Part shown: positions 9,880-18,517 of the stretch, piece after piece
Layout of the letters: each line of letters starts with the position of its first letter
Position numbering within the stretch: the first letter of the stretch is position 1
Source of the DNA: Halarcobacter sp.
Lineage (GTDB): Bacteria > Campylobacterota > Campylobacteria > Campylobacterales > Arcobacteraceae
NCBI GenBank assembly: GCA_048571215.1
Contig: CP182352.1
Span: forward strand, 2,816,001-2,880,000
Direction: 5' to 3'
Length of the DNA stretch: 64,000 bases
Program-made: the position numbers and the translations under genes
The notes under the pieces: model-generated
What the model was told of the DNA's origin: nothing
What the model saw: only the letters and a program-made list of their open reading frames with translations
Databases searched by the model: none

Positions 9880-10200
9880 CAGACTGTGAATTTAGTCCCA
9901 AATAAACTAAATTTACAGTAAAAATTCAAATTAACTTCCTAAATATCTGATATTTTTTCTTAAAATTTTTTGATATAAAAATTTTTGTAAAAAATAAACC
10001 AAATAAAGTCCAAACACTAAGATATATTCCTCTATATCTTTGGTAATTTGGGTTAAATCTTTATTTTTTATGGCTAAGCATAACTTTTGAAACAGATTTA
10101 TCCCTATAAGATTTAAAAGTCTTCTAAAATTATATGTAAACATAATAAGAGCATTTTCACCAAGTACTTTTTCTTTAGAACGAACTAAAAAATAATCCCA
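9880..10200 (-). mobile_element. IS1182-family remnant (transposase C-terminus plus element end)
   Basis: Minus strand reads WDYFLVRSKEKVLGENALIMFTYNFRRLLNLIG, like IS1182 DDE C-termini; ends in CACAGTCTG with a hairpin ACTGTGAATTTAGT/ACTAAATTTACAGT. Confidence 0.7.
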
Positions 10201-10244
10201 TATAACGCCCCATAGAATGAATTTCCACTTTTATAATAATTGTT

Positions 10245-10474
10245 AAGTATCACACCGATTCAAATAAAATGGTATCAAAAAATGCAAAGGTCAATTTCCT
10301 ACCTTTCCGCATTTGAGAAGCCGAGCGTTTATTTATCTCTTTTGAAAACAAGTGACTAAACTGTTTGAAGCCTAAAGAAACGTTCTGGGAGAACGTTTTA
10401 GCAAGTTTTTAGGCACTCAAAAGGGATGAATAATAAGCGAGAGTAGTTTCACCTTCGAAACCTGTGGGATGGTT
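10245..10474. repeat. Structured repeat copy 3, module B left part (interrupted by IS110)
   Basis: Matches 5730-5950 and 6325-6540; stops at CCTGTGGGATGGTT. Confidence 0.88.
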
Positions 10475-10514
10475 CGTATAATAAAATATTGGAAATATGA
10501 TAGTATATTTTCAT

Positions 10515-10716
10515 AGAGTTCAATAGAAGATGATATATTGTGTGGGTGGTTGAAGCAATTAAAAATAATTTTAATTAGCTTGTAAAGAAGTTCAATAGTT
10601 ATACTTCAAATTTGAGTGGCAACAAGAACAGTTTTATAACTAGTTCGTATTTACGAGTCTAAAGTTTGTATGACGAAATATCAGGTAGGAATTTTATTCC
10701 TACCCTAACGAACTCT
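10515..10716 (+). ncRNA. Putative IS110 bridge RNA
   Basis: Enclosed by AGAGTTC/GAACTCT; two internal loops carry GGGTGGTT + GTAAAGAA (target) and GTGGCAAC + TACGAGT (donor); TATAAT at 10477-10482. Confidence 0.7.
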
Positions 10717-10741
10717 TTATATTAATACAAAGGTTCTAGAT

Positions 10742-11725
10742 ATGTATTCTATCGGATTAGATATAAGTAAGTCAACAATTAATATTTATATCCCTATCAA
10801 TGATTTAGATATTCAAATATCAAATAATTTGAAATCACTTAAAGGTTTTTATTCTAAGTTAAAAAAACTTTATAAAAAAGATATAGATAAACTTGTATTT
10901 GTTTTTGAACCTACAGCTAATTATTCCTTTTTAATTAAAAAGTTTTGTTCTGAAAAAAGTATACACTGTTTTATTGTTAATCCAAAGAAAAGTGCTAACT
11001 TTGCTAAAGCAATTGGTCAAAGAAATAAAACTGACCTTTTAGATGCTAGAATGTTATCTCAGATGATAGTTACTGCAAGAAAAAATCAGATTAAAATACC
11101 CATTATTAATCCTTATGCCGAGGAATTAAAAGAGCTTATTACATATTATAAATTTATATCAAAAATTAAAACTCAAAATAAAAATCATTTGGAAGCTTTA
11201 GTTTCAAAAGATGCTTCATCTATTATAATTAAATCATTAAGAAAAGATATAAAATCATTTGAAAAAAAAGAAAAAGATATTCTTATTGAGATAAAAAAAG
11301 TTATTGCAAAAGACAAAAATTTACATAATGCATTTTTAAATATCCAAACTATAAAAGGCATAGGAGAATTATCTTCAATTATATTATTACACCATTTTAT
11401 ACAATATCCTGATACAAATCAAAAGCAAATTGTTTCATTAGCTGGATTAGATCCAGTTAGTAGAGATTCTGGTTCATCAATAAAAGGAAAAACAAAAATA
11501 TCAAAATCTGGTTCAAAATTATGTAGGGGTACATTATTTATGGCAGTAATGACAGCGATACAATACAATGAAGAATTAAAAATATTTTATAATAGATTAA
11601 AAGAGAATGGCAAACATACTACTGTAGCACAAATTGCTGTAATGCGAAAAATGATTGTAATTGCTCACTCATTATATAAAAATAATAATATATATGACCC
11701 TAATAAATTTAAAAGTATATCATAA
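10742..11725 (+). CDS. IS110-family transposase/recombinase
   Basis: IGLDISK, VFEPTANY, KTDLLDARML (RuvC-like DEDD) and IKGIG, AGLDPVSRDSGSS (Tnp domain serine). Confidence 0.95.
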   Translation: MYSIGLDISKSTINIYIPINDLDIQISNNLKSLKGFYSKLKKLYKKDIDKLVFVFEPTANYSFLIKKFCSEKSIHCFIVNPKKSANFAKAIGQRNKTDLLDARMLSQMIVTARKNQIKIPIINPYAEELKELITYYKFISKIKTQNKNHLEALVSKDASSIIIKSLRKDIKSFEKKEKDILIEIKKVIAKDKNLHNAFLNIQTIKGIGELSSIILLHHFIQYPDTNQKQIVSLAGLDPVSRDSGSSIKGKTKISKSGSKLCRGTLFMAVMTAIQYNEELKIFYNRLKENGKHTTVAQIAVMRKMIVIAHSLYKNNNIYDPNKFKSIS

Positions 11726-11773
11726 ATATTAGATTTAAATATTTTATATTTTATCATTTTTTAAGGTGGCAAC

Positions 11774-11843
11774 TTCTTTGCTACTTTCTTTTTCAGAAAA
11801 GAAAGTCGAGAAAGCTAAGAGGTACAATAAAAGTTTATTCACA
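11774..11843. repeat. Structured repeat copy 3, right end of module B
   Basis: TTCTTTGCTACTTTCTTTTTCAGAAAAGAAAGTCGAGAAAGC continues the sequence broken at 10474. Confidence 0.88.
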
Positions 11844-12467
11844 TTCAAATATTTTGAAAATAGTTTTAATTGTATACACCCTCTTGTAGAGCAAAGCTCT
11901 CCGCTTTCTCACTTTTTAGTTGTAAAAAGTAAGACAAAAAGCAACCAGACGGTTGTCGAAGCTAAAGTCCCCTACAGCTTTCTAATTATTTCCTGACCTG
12001 CGGAACGCCTTCCTAAAAGGTACATTCAGTACCTTTTATCCAGTTGAACGGTCCTCGGTCTTTTCCGAAAATAATTAAAAACCTTCCGGCTTCAACAAAG
12101 TCTGGACTAAATACACTAGCCACAAACTTCCTAATTTAAATTTAACATAACACCAGTTTAAATAAAATGGTACAAAAAAATGCAAAGGTCAGTTTCCCAC
12201 CTTCCCGCATTTGAGAAGCCGAGTGTTTATTTATCTCTTTTGAAAACAAGTGACTAAACTGTCTGAAGCGTAAAAAAATGTGCTGGGAGCACATTTTAGC
12301 AAGTTTTTAGGCACTCAAAAGGGATGAATGAAAAGCTCGGGGAGCTTCTGCCTTCGAAACCTGCAGGATGGTTTCTTTGCTACTTTCTTTTTCAGAAAAG
12401 AAAGTCGAGAAAGCCAAGAGGTACAGCAAAAGTTTATTTACACCTAAATATATTGATAATAGTTTTA
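11844..12467. repeat. Structured non-coding ~600-bp repeat, copy 4 (complete)
   Basis: Full A+B unit homologous to copies 1 and 2, followed by the same tail as copy 2. Confidence 0.92.
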
Positions 12468-12718
12468 GCCAATCACAATATAATATATTTATCATTTTGT
12501 TAAACTATCAAAATTTTCACCAAATAGTCATACAAAATGATAGGATATTACGGATATACGTTAATAATCTAACATATAAAAGTACATATTTATTTACTTT
12601 ATTTTATATTTTATTGAATTTTGACTATTTAAGGCTTATTTGAGTTAATATCTTTATGTTAAGATATTAGATGTTTTTATACATTATTTATATATAATAT
12701 ATTACTAGTAAGTAGTTA
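12468..12718 (+). promoter_or_regulatory. Conserved cassette-array leader 2
   Basis: Homologous to 6637-6901 (e.g. TAATATATTTATCATTTTGTTAAACTATCAAAATTTTCA, GTTAAGATATTAGATGTTTTTATACATTATTTATATATAAT). Confidence 0.55.
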
Positions 12719-12721
12719 TGT
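12702..12721 (+). other. attI-like integron recombination site 2
   Basis: TTACTA-gtaag-TAGTTA ending in G|TTATGT, which is the exact reverse complement of R'' ACATAAC of the next attC. Confidence 0.65.
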
Positions 12722-12737
12722 TCAGAGGAGATAAATT

Positions 12738-13100
12738 TTGTTAGAAGTCATAATATTTGCATTAATAATAATCATTTTGGGTGTACTCCCAAGTATTTGG
12801 TACCTTAAAAGGAAAGAAAAACCTGCTGAAGTTAATCAAAAACCGAATATTATAATAGTAATTTTAGGTTCGATACTTTTAATTGTAAATACATATTTTA
12901 CATATATTTTGAATAAAGGCTCTATAGCATATGTTTTTGGTGCGGTATATTTTATTCCAATTGTTTTAATCCTAATTTTCAATGAAAATTGGAATAAAAG
13001 ATGGAAAATTATACTGTTTACACAGTTTATAATTTTCTTAAGTGTTTTGGGTAATTTGATGTCAGTAGCTCAAGAAGTTGCTAAAACTCAAGGAACATAA
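12738..13100 (+). CDS. Cassette 3 gene: small multi-pass membrane protein
   Basis: GAGGAG RBS, TTG start, about four hydrophobic segments, stop codon lies inside the attC R'' box. Confidence 0.8.
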   Translation: MLEVIIFALIIIILGVLPSIWYLKRKEKPAEVNQKPNIIIVILGSILLIVNTYFTYILNKGSIAYVFGAVYFIPIVLILIFNENWNKRWKIILFTQFIIFLSVLGNLMSVAQEVAKTQGT

Positions 13101-13163
13101 CAAAACATTGGAGAGAAATATTTGACCCTGCGGCTCAAATATTTCTCAACTCAAACGTTATAC
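13095..13163 (+). other. attC site of cassette 3
   Basis: R'' ACATAAC ... GAGAAATATTTGA-ccctgcggc-TCAAATATTTCTC ... R' GTTATAC. Confidence 0.85.
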
Positions 13164-13239
13164 TTTAAAACGAAAATATGATCATAATCTAAATAAGGAA
13201 TATAAATATGTTTGATTATTCTCTTGTCCACTGACAACT

Positions 13240-14346
13240 TTATTTCACACTATTTATTGAAATTTTTACAACCACAGTTGTTCCAATATTTTCTTGACTT
13301 TCATAGTGAATTGTTGCTCCCAAAAGTTCTAAAATTCTTTTTACGATGGAAAGTCCAAGACCACTTCCTTGTTTTTTATGGGATTCATCACCTTGGTAAA
13401 ACTTATCAAAAATCTTTGCAATTTTTTCACTCTTAATCCCAATACCTTCATCTTTAATCTTAACAATAAGTTCATTTCCATTTACGTATTCATCGATATA
13501 AATTGTACTATTGTTAGAAGAGTATTTCATGGCGTTATCAATGAGATTCATCCAAACATGCATCAAAAGTGATTTATCCGATTCTACAACTACATCGCAG
13601 AGGTTTAAATCAAATTTTTGATCATGATCACTCCACTTTTGGGACAGTACTATCACTGCACGCCTTATTTGTTCATCTACTCGGATCATATCTTTTTTTG
13701 AGATAATTTGTTGATTATCTAAGCGTGACATTTGGAGCATATCTTCACAAAGTAATGACAAGCGTCTAGATTCTTGATGTATGAGTTCCAAATACTCTTT
13801 TTGCTTTTGCATTTCAAGTGGCGTATCTAATAACAATTCAGCAAAACCTGTGATTGCCGTAACAGGTGTTTTTATTTCATGTGATACATTACTCATAAAA
13901 TCTTTACGCATATAATCCATACCAGAGAGTTCTTCTACCATTTTATTTACATTTGAAGAGAGTTCATCAAGTTCATGGGCATAAAGATGATTTTTCATCT
14001 CTCTTTTTTTACGATAAACTCTTGCAGTAAAATCCCCTTGGGCAATTTTATTCACAGTTAAATTTAAAGCTTCAACAGGTTTCAATAAATGCCCTGAACC
14101 AATGTATAAGGCAATACCACCAATAATCATCGTTAAAGCACAAACCAGTAGACTCATAATGATCCCTGATAACATAGTAATTGGTCCGTGATAAAATAAC
14201 CAAGTCCCAGTAATAACTATACCACACGCAATAAGACAAGCAACGAATAAGGTGGCAATAGAAACAAAAGAGATAAAAGAGCGAAGGCGTATTATATATT
14301 TCTTTTTCATGGTTTCCTTTTTTAATTTTATGGCATTACTTTTCAT
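13240..14346 (-). CDS. HAMP-domain sensor histidine kinase (HssS-like)
   Basis: Two TM helices, HAMP, SNVSHEIKTP H-box, NLIDNAMKY, DEGIGI, GSGLGL; true start may be the downstream MKKKY. Confidence 0.9.
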   Translation of the reverse strand: MKSNAIKLKKETMKKKYIIRLRSFISFVSIATLFVACLIACGIVITGTWLFYHGPITMLSGIIMSLLVCALTMIIGGIALYIGSGHLLKPVEALNLTVNKIAQGDFTARVYRKKREMKNHLYAHELDELSSNVNKMVEELSGMDYMRKDFMSNVSHEIKTPVTAITGFAELLLDTPLEMQKQKEYLELIHQESRRLSLLCEDMLQMSRLDNQQIISKKDMIRVDEQIRRAVIVLSQKWSDHDQKFDLNLCDVVVESDKSLLMHVWMNLIDNAMKYSSNNSTIYIDEYVNGNELIVKIKDEGIGIKSEKIAKIFDKFYQGDESHKKQGSGLGLSIVKRILELLGATIHYESQENIGTTVVVKISINSVK

Positions 14347-15032
14347 TTGGTATTATCTGTTAAATGATATTTTGCCTTATACCCAAGCCCTCTTATAGTC
14401 ATAATCTCAAAATCCTGACATGATTCAAATCTACGACGAAGTTTTTTGATATGAGAATCAACAGTTCGTTCATCTGCTTCTGATTCTACACCCCAAATTT
14501 CATTCATAATTTCATATCTAGTAAAAATTCTATTGGGATAGCTGAGTAAAAGAAATAGTAGATAAAACTCTTTAGGGGGAAGATCGTATTCTTTAGAGTC
14601 AATATTTATTTTTAATGCCTTGTAGTCTAGAAAACTCTTTCCTATAACTAATCTATTTTCATTAGCTATTTTTGCTCTTCGTAAAAGTGCATTTACTCTA
14701 AGAACCATCTCTTTTAGTTGAATAGGTTTAACCATATAATCATCTGTTCCAAGTCTAAATCCCTTTTCAATATCTTCCATTTGATTTTTTGCCGTAATCA
14801 TCAAAATAGGAAAAGAAGGTTCCATCTTTCTAATCTCTTGTATAAGTTCATAGCCATTTATTTTTGGCATCATAATATCTGAGATGACTAAATCAACATA
14901 TGTTGTATCCATGATTTCTAAGGCTTCTTCTCCATCAAATGCCGAAATAGTCTTGAAGTTTTCTTGTTTTAATTTCGTACATATCATCTTATTTAATGTC
15001 TCATCATCTTCAGCAACTAATATAGAAAACAT
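14343..15032 (-). CDS. OmpR-family response regulator (HssR-like)
   Basis: AEDD, DIMMP, GTDDYMVKP, LPPKEFYLL, DERTVDSHIKKLR, TIRGLGY. Confidence 0.93.
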   Translation of the reverse strand: MFSILVAEDDETLNKMICTKLKQENFKTISAFDGEEALEIMDTTYVDLVISDIMMPKINGYELIQEIRKMEPSFPILMITAKNQMEDIEKGFRLGTDDYMVKPIQLKEMVLRVNALLRRAKIANENRLVIGKSFLDYKALKINIDSKEYDLPPKEFYLLFLLLSYPNRIFTRYEIMNEIWGVESEADERTVDSHIKKLRRRFESCQDFEIMTIRGLGYKAKYHLTDNTK

Positions 15033-15135
15033 CTTTTTACCTCGTATCTAAGATATTACTTTTGGAAAATTATATCACAGTTCTTTCTCTTAAGACAAAC
15101 CATATCTTTGTCTGGCATAGTACTATAGTTTATAA

Positions 15136-15447
15136 TTACATCCACTCAAAATGGATAAAGAGTTCAGGATACCCCTCAATTGGAAACCAATAAGAGATAA
15201 TTTCTTTTTCCGTATATTCTGCATTTTTGTATGCCACTTGCTGCAAATGTAATGCTCTATTAGCCAAACAACCCCTATATTCTTCATTTGTACTTAAAGT
15301 AGAGTAATTCATTCCCTTCACAATTCCAAGCACTTCAGACAATGCATTTACAGCAATTACTTCTTTGTTTTTATGTACCAGTGTTACAGGCTCAGGAAAA
15401 TTTCCCCACATCAGATGAAAAGCCTCAATTATTTTTGAATCAACCAT
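15136..15447 (-). CDS. Hypothetical protein (possible PAS-like small domain)
   Basis: AAGGAAGGA RBS, 103 aa, AFHLMWGNFPEPVTLV. Confidence 0.7.
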   Translation of the reverse strand: MVDSKIIEAFHLMWGNFPEPVTLVHKNKEVIAVNALSEVLGIVKGMNYSTLSTNEEYRGCLANRALHLQQVAYKNAEYTEKEIISYWFPIEGYPELFIHFEWM

Positions 15448-15492
15448 AATTAGATATCCTTCCTTAAATATATTTCAAAAAGATCTCTTACA

Positions 15493-15651
15493 CTATTTAA
15501 CCAAAAATGTTACGGCACATAAAATAACTGCACTTGCTCCCATAATTAAATGGCATTTTCTAAGCCATGTTGCTTTTGAACCAAAAAACATGTAAGCTCC
15601 TGTAATTCCTGCTATTGCAATTGTTAAACGAAATAATAAATCTAGTATCAT
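15493..15651 (-). CDS. Small two-helix membrane protein (52 aa), absent from the ORF track
   Basis: AAGGAG RBS then MILDLLFRLTIAIAGITGAYMFFGSKATWLRKCHLIMGASAVILCAVTFLVK*. Confidence 0.65.
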   Translation of the reverse strand: MILDLLFRLTIAIAGITGAYMFFGSKATWLRKCHLIMGASAVILCAVTFLVK

Positions 15652-16084
15652 TTCTTCTCCTTTTATTTATTATGTCAATAGAATAATAATAACCTTCATT
15701 CACTTATCCATCTGAAAGTTCATTTCCTTTTGACAATAGGAATTATACATTTCGAATATGGTCTGAATGTGTCCAAAATAAAGAATTCTATGATTTTGTA
15801 CTTTTATGAAATATAGATTGTGTATGAGTGTACTGTTTTACCCGTTAGAGCTCTTCTAAAAATCCCTACCTCCTTTACAATTCCTATCGTATAAATAAAG
15901 ACAAGTTTCTTTATCTTTCTCTTTCTAAATTCTTTATATGTAAAAGATTTATTGCTTAATTTCGTTAAAATATTCTTATATCTATATGATATAATAAAAC
16001 CTAGAGAGTTTAAAAAGTTAATACATTGCGAAGAATTAAAAGCCGCAGATTTTTCTTTCTACATAAAAGAAAATCAAAAGAAAT

Positions 16085-16117
16085 AAAGGAGTGCAAAATA
16101 AAAATGCACTTCCTTTT
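16085..16117 (-). terminator. Intrinsic terminator after the rhodanese gene
   Basis: AAAGGAGTGCA...TGCACTTCCTTT inverted repeat with T-rich tail on minus strand. Confidence 0.6.
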
Positions 16118-16124
16118 ATCAAAT

Positions 16125-17315
16125 CTATTCTAAAGGTTCATTAACTGTAATATTACAGTTAGTTCCTTTACACTTTATATTTGCATCAAAATAATAGATT
16201 TCACTGATATCATATTTTGCATTTTTTAGTTTCATCCAGGCATCAATAGATCTACCACCTGCTGTACAGTTAAATACTACTGTTTTGCCTTTTGGTAGTT
16301 TTGCATAGAAGTCTTTTGCACTTAGCTTTTCTGCTTCTATATTTATAGCACCTTTGATATGTCCTGTTTTATACTCTTCTGGACTTGTTACATCAACAAT
16401 TTGGATAAATGAAGGTACTTTATCCCCTTTTATATATTTTAAAAGCCATTCACCATCTACACTTCCCTCATCTGAACCTAGTTTTAAACCATTTTTACTC
16501 ATAGTTGGTTTTGATGATTTTTTCACTTTTTTTATTTTTGAAGCTGATTTTGTAGTTGCTAAACCTGCTTTTTTCCATTGGGGAACTCCACCTGCAAAAA
16601 CTGAAACATTTTTATAAGCCATTGAAACCATTTTTTTTGCGACATTATGTGATTTTGCACATGCATATCCTCCACAAAAAATAATAACTCTTTGCATTTG
16701 ATGAACAGGAAATCTTCCTTTTAGCTTTTCAACTTCTGTATCAGGAATAGCAAGTGCTCCAGGAATTGTTTCTTGTAAAAACTTAGTATATGGTCTTGCA
16801 TCAATTAATAGTGCTGAATTATATTTATATGCAGCTTTGACTACTGCTAGACCAACTTCTATATAACTTTTTTTTCTCCACTCTGGCTCGCCAGCTTGGT
16901 ATAATTTTACATTTGTAAAACCATCTTTTTTAAGCATATTTGCAACTTTTGGAGATTTTCCACAAGCCCATCCTCCACAAAATACAATTATCTCTTTGTT
17001 TTTAGGAGTATCTTTTAACTGTCCCACATATTTTGCATAGTCTGTATCTGGGATATTTATAGCACTTGGAATAGTCCCTTTTACATATTTTGTCTTTGGT
17101 CTTGCATCTATTAAAACTGCTTTTGCACTTTTTCTAGTCCCTTTTCCAATTATATTTTTAACATAATTGTAATCTACAACTTGCAGTTTAAACTTATCTA
17201 TCATAGTTTGTACTTTTGCACTTGGTTTATTTAAAACTTCAGTACTATTTGCATACGCACCAGTTGATAAAAGTGTAGCTAATACTAAACTTTTAATGAT
17301 TAATTTTGCATTCAT
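16125..17315 (-). CDS. Exported triple-domain rhodanese/sulfurtransferase
   Basis: Signal peptide; three rhodanese repeats (IDARP..CGGWAC, IDARP..CGGYAC, VDVT..GHIKGA..CTAGGRS). Confidence 0.9.
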   Translation of the reverse strand: MNAKLIIKSLVLATLLSTGAYANSTEVLNKPSAKVQTMIDKFKLQVVDYNYVKNIIGKGTRKSAKAVLIDARPKTKYVKGTIPSAINIPDTDYAKYVGQLKDTPKNKEIIVFCGGWACGKSPKVANMLKKDGFTNVKLYQAGEPEWRKKSYIEVGLAVVKAAYKYNSALLIDARPYTKFLQETIPGALAIPDTEVEKLKGRFPVHQMQRVIIFCGGYACAKSHNVAKKMVSMAYKNVSVFAGGVPQWKKAGLATTKSASKIKKVKKSSKPTMSKNGLKLGSDEGSVDGEWLLKYIKGDKVPSFIQIVDVTSPEEYKTGHIKGAINIEAEKLSAKDFYAKLPKGKTVVFNCTAGGRSIDAWMKLKNAKYDISEIYYFDANIKCKGTNCNITVNEPLE

Positions 17316-17327
17316 GACATATCCTTT

Positions 17328-18506
17328 TTAATTGTGATCTAAATTAAATAACTTATCAGCTATATAATACAGTACAAAACATACCCCTATACCACCTATT
17401 GAAACAGCAATTTCTGCATATGATGGAAAATATTCTATAAAGCTTGGTGGTAACTGGTATTCTCTTATTTTAAGTAATTGAAGAGGCATTAATTGAGTAT
17501 CATGAACCAAATCATATCTCATAAAGAAAATACCTACCATACCTAAAATAGATGCCCAAACCATCCCTTTTATATTTTTCCCTTTACTTACTAAAATTAC
17601 AATAAATGGAATCAACATACCTAATAAAACTTCTCCTATCAAAAAGTTACTACTTCCTAAAATATGCCAAGCAACTTCAGCTCGTCCTGGCATTCCACCA
17701 TAAATGGAAGTAAACATTCTCCAAATCTCAAAGAACATCAAAATAGCTAATAAAAGCCCTAAAATTTTAGCAAGTTTTATAAGCATAGTTTCCACTTCTT
17801 TTGGAAAATCCATTTTATATCTAAAACCATACATCAAAAATAGTAAATAAGAACCTGTTATCATAGCTGAAAGTATAAAATATATAGGAAAGAAAACTCC
17901 ATTTGATATAGGTCTTGCAATCAAAAACCCAAAAACTGCACCAAGATTACTATGGGCTGCAAGTCCTACTAAAAGTCCCCCTAATCCAAATATTTTTGAC
18001 CACTTATGGTTCTCTCTAACTAAAAATATAAATTCAATTATAATAAATCCTAAATATGCTCCATATAATGTTCCCATCCACCAAATTGCAGAAGTAAACC
18101 CAGGAGTCAATATATTGTATATTATCATCGTAACAGGATGCCCTATCTCAAGAGCTATTACTATAAACCCCGTTGATATAGTTATTATTGCTCCTAAGAT
18201 TGCACGTTTTCCTATTATCTCAAACTCTTTTACACCAAATACATGTCCAATTGATGACATTATACAAAGCCCTGTACTTGAAACAACAAAAAATACATAC
18301 ATAGCAATAATCAATCCCCACGGGTGGGTTCTTGATACATTATAAGCATGATGCCCTTCAATAAAATACATCACTGCACCAGATATAAATAATGCCACTA
18401 AAGCAAGGGTTAATATAGCCATTGTAACATTACTAAAACTCTTTTTAAAGGTAAACAACTCTTTTAAAGAGATGTCTTTTATGGGTATAATAGTTCTTAA
18501 AGTCAT
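17328..18506 (-). CDS. psrC: NrfD/PsrC-family membrane anchor
   Basis: PWGLIIAMYVFF, LEIGHP, SAIWWMG, many TM helices. Confidence 0.85.
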   Translation of the reverse strand: MTLRTIIPIKDISLKELFTFKKSFSNVTMAILTLALVALFISGAVMYFIEGHHAYNVSRTHPWGLIIAMYVFFVVSSTGLCIMSSIGHVFGVKEFEIIGKRAILGAIITISTGFIVIALEIGHPVTMIIYNILTPGFTSAIWWMGTLYGAYLGFIIIEFIFLVRENHKWSKIFGLGGLLVGLAAHSNLGAVFGFLIARPISNGVFFPIYFILSAMITGSYLLFLMYGFRYKMDFPKEVETMLIKLAKILGLLLAILMFFEIWRMFTSIYGGMPGRAEVAWHILGSSNFLIGEVLLGMLIPFIVILVSKGKNIKGMVWASILGMVGIFFMRYDLVHDTQLMPLQLLKIREYQLPPSFIEYFPSYAEIAVSIGGIGVCFVLYYIADKLFNLDHN

Positions 18507-18517
18507 AACATCTCTCC

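Larger units (their letters stand above)
10475..11773 (+). mobile_element. IS110-family element inserted in repeat copy 3
   Basis: Repeat sequence resumes at 11774 (TTCTTTGCTACTTTC); no terminal inverted repeats or target duplication; encodes a DEDD recombinase. Confidence 0.9.

Noticed and set aside
10199..10212. ATATAACGCCC as another attC R'' box
   Set aside because: No matching L boxes or R' downstream; probably just the deletion junction of the IS remnant
15700..15723. Seven-codon ORF MNFQMDK on the minus strand with an RBS
   Set aside because: Too short to support; could be a gene remnant or chance
5390..16100. Integron integrase or other tyrosine recombinase in the island
   Set aside because: No ORF with R...HxxR...Y motifs in any listed frame; a heavily decayed remnant cannot be excluded without a search
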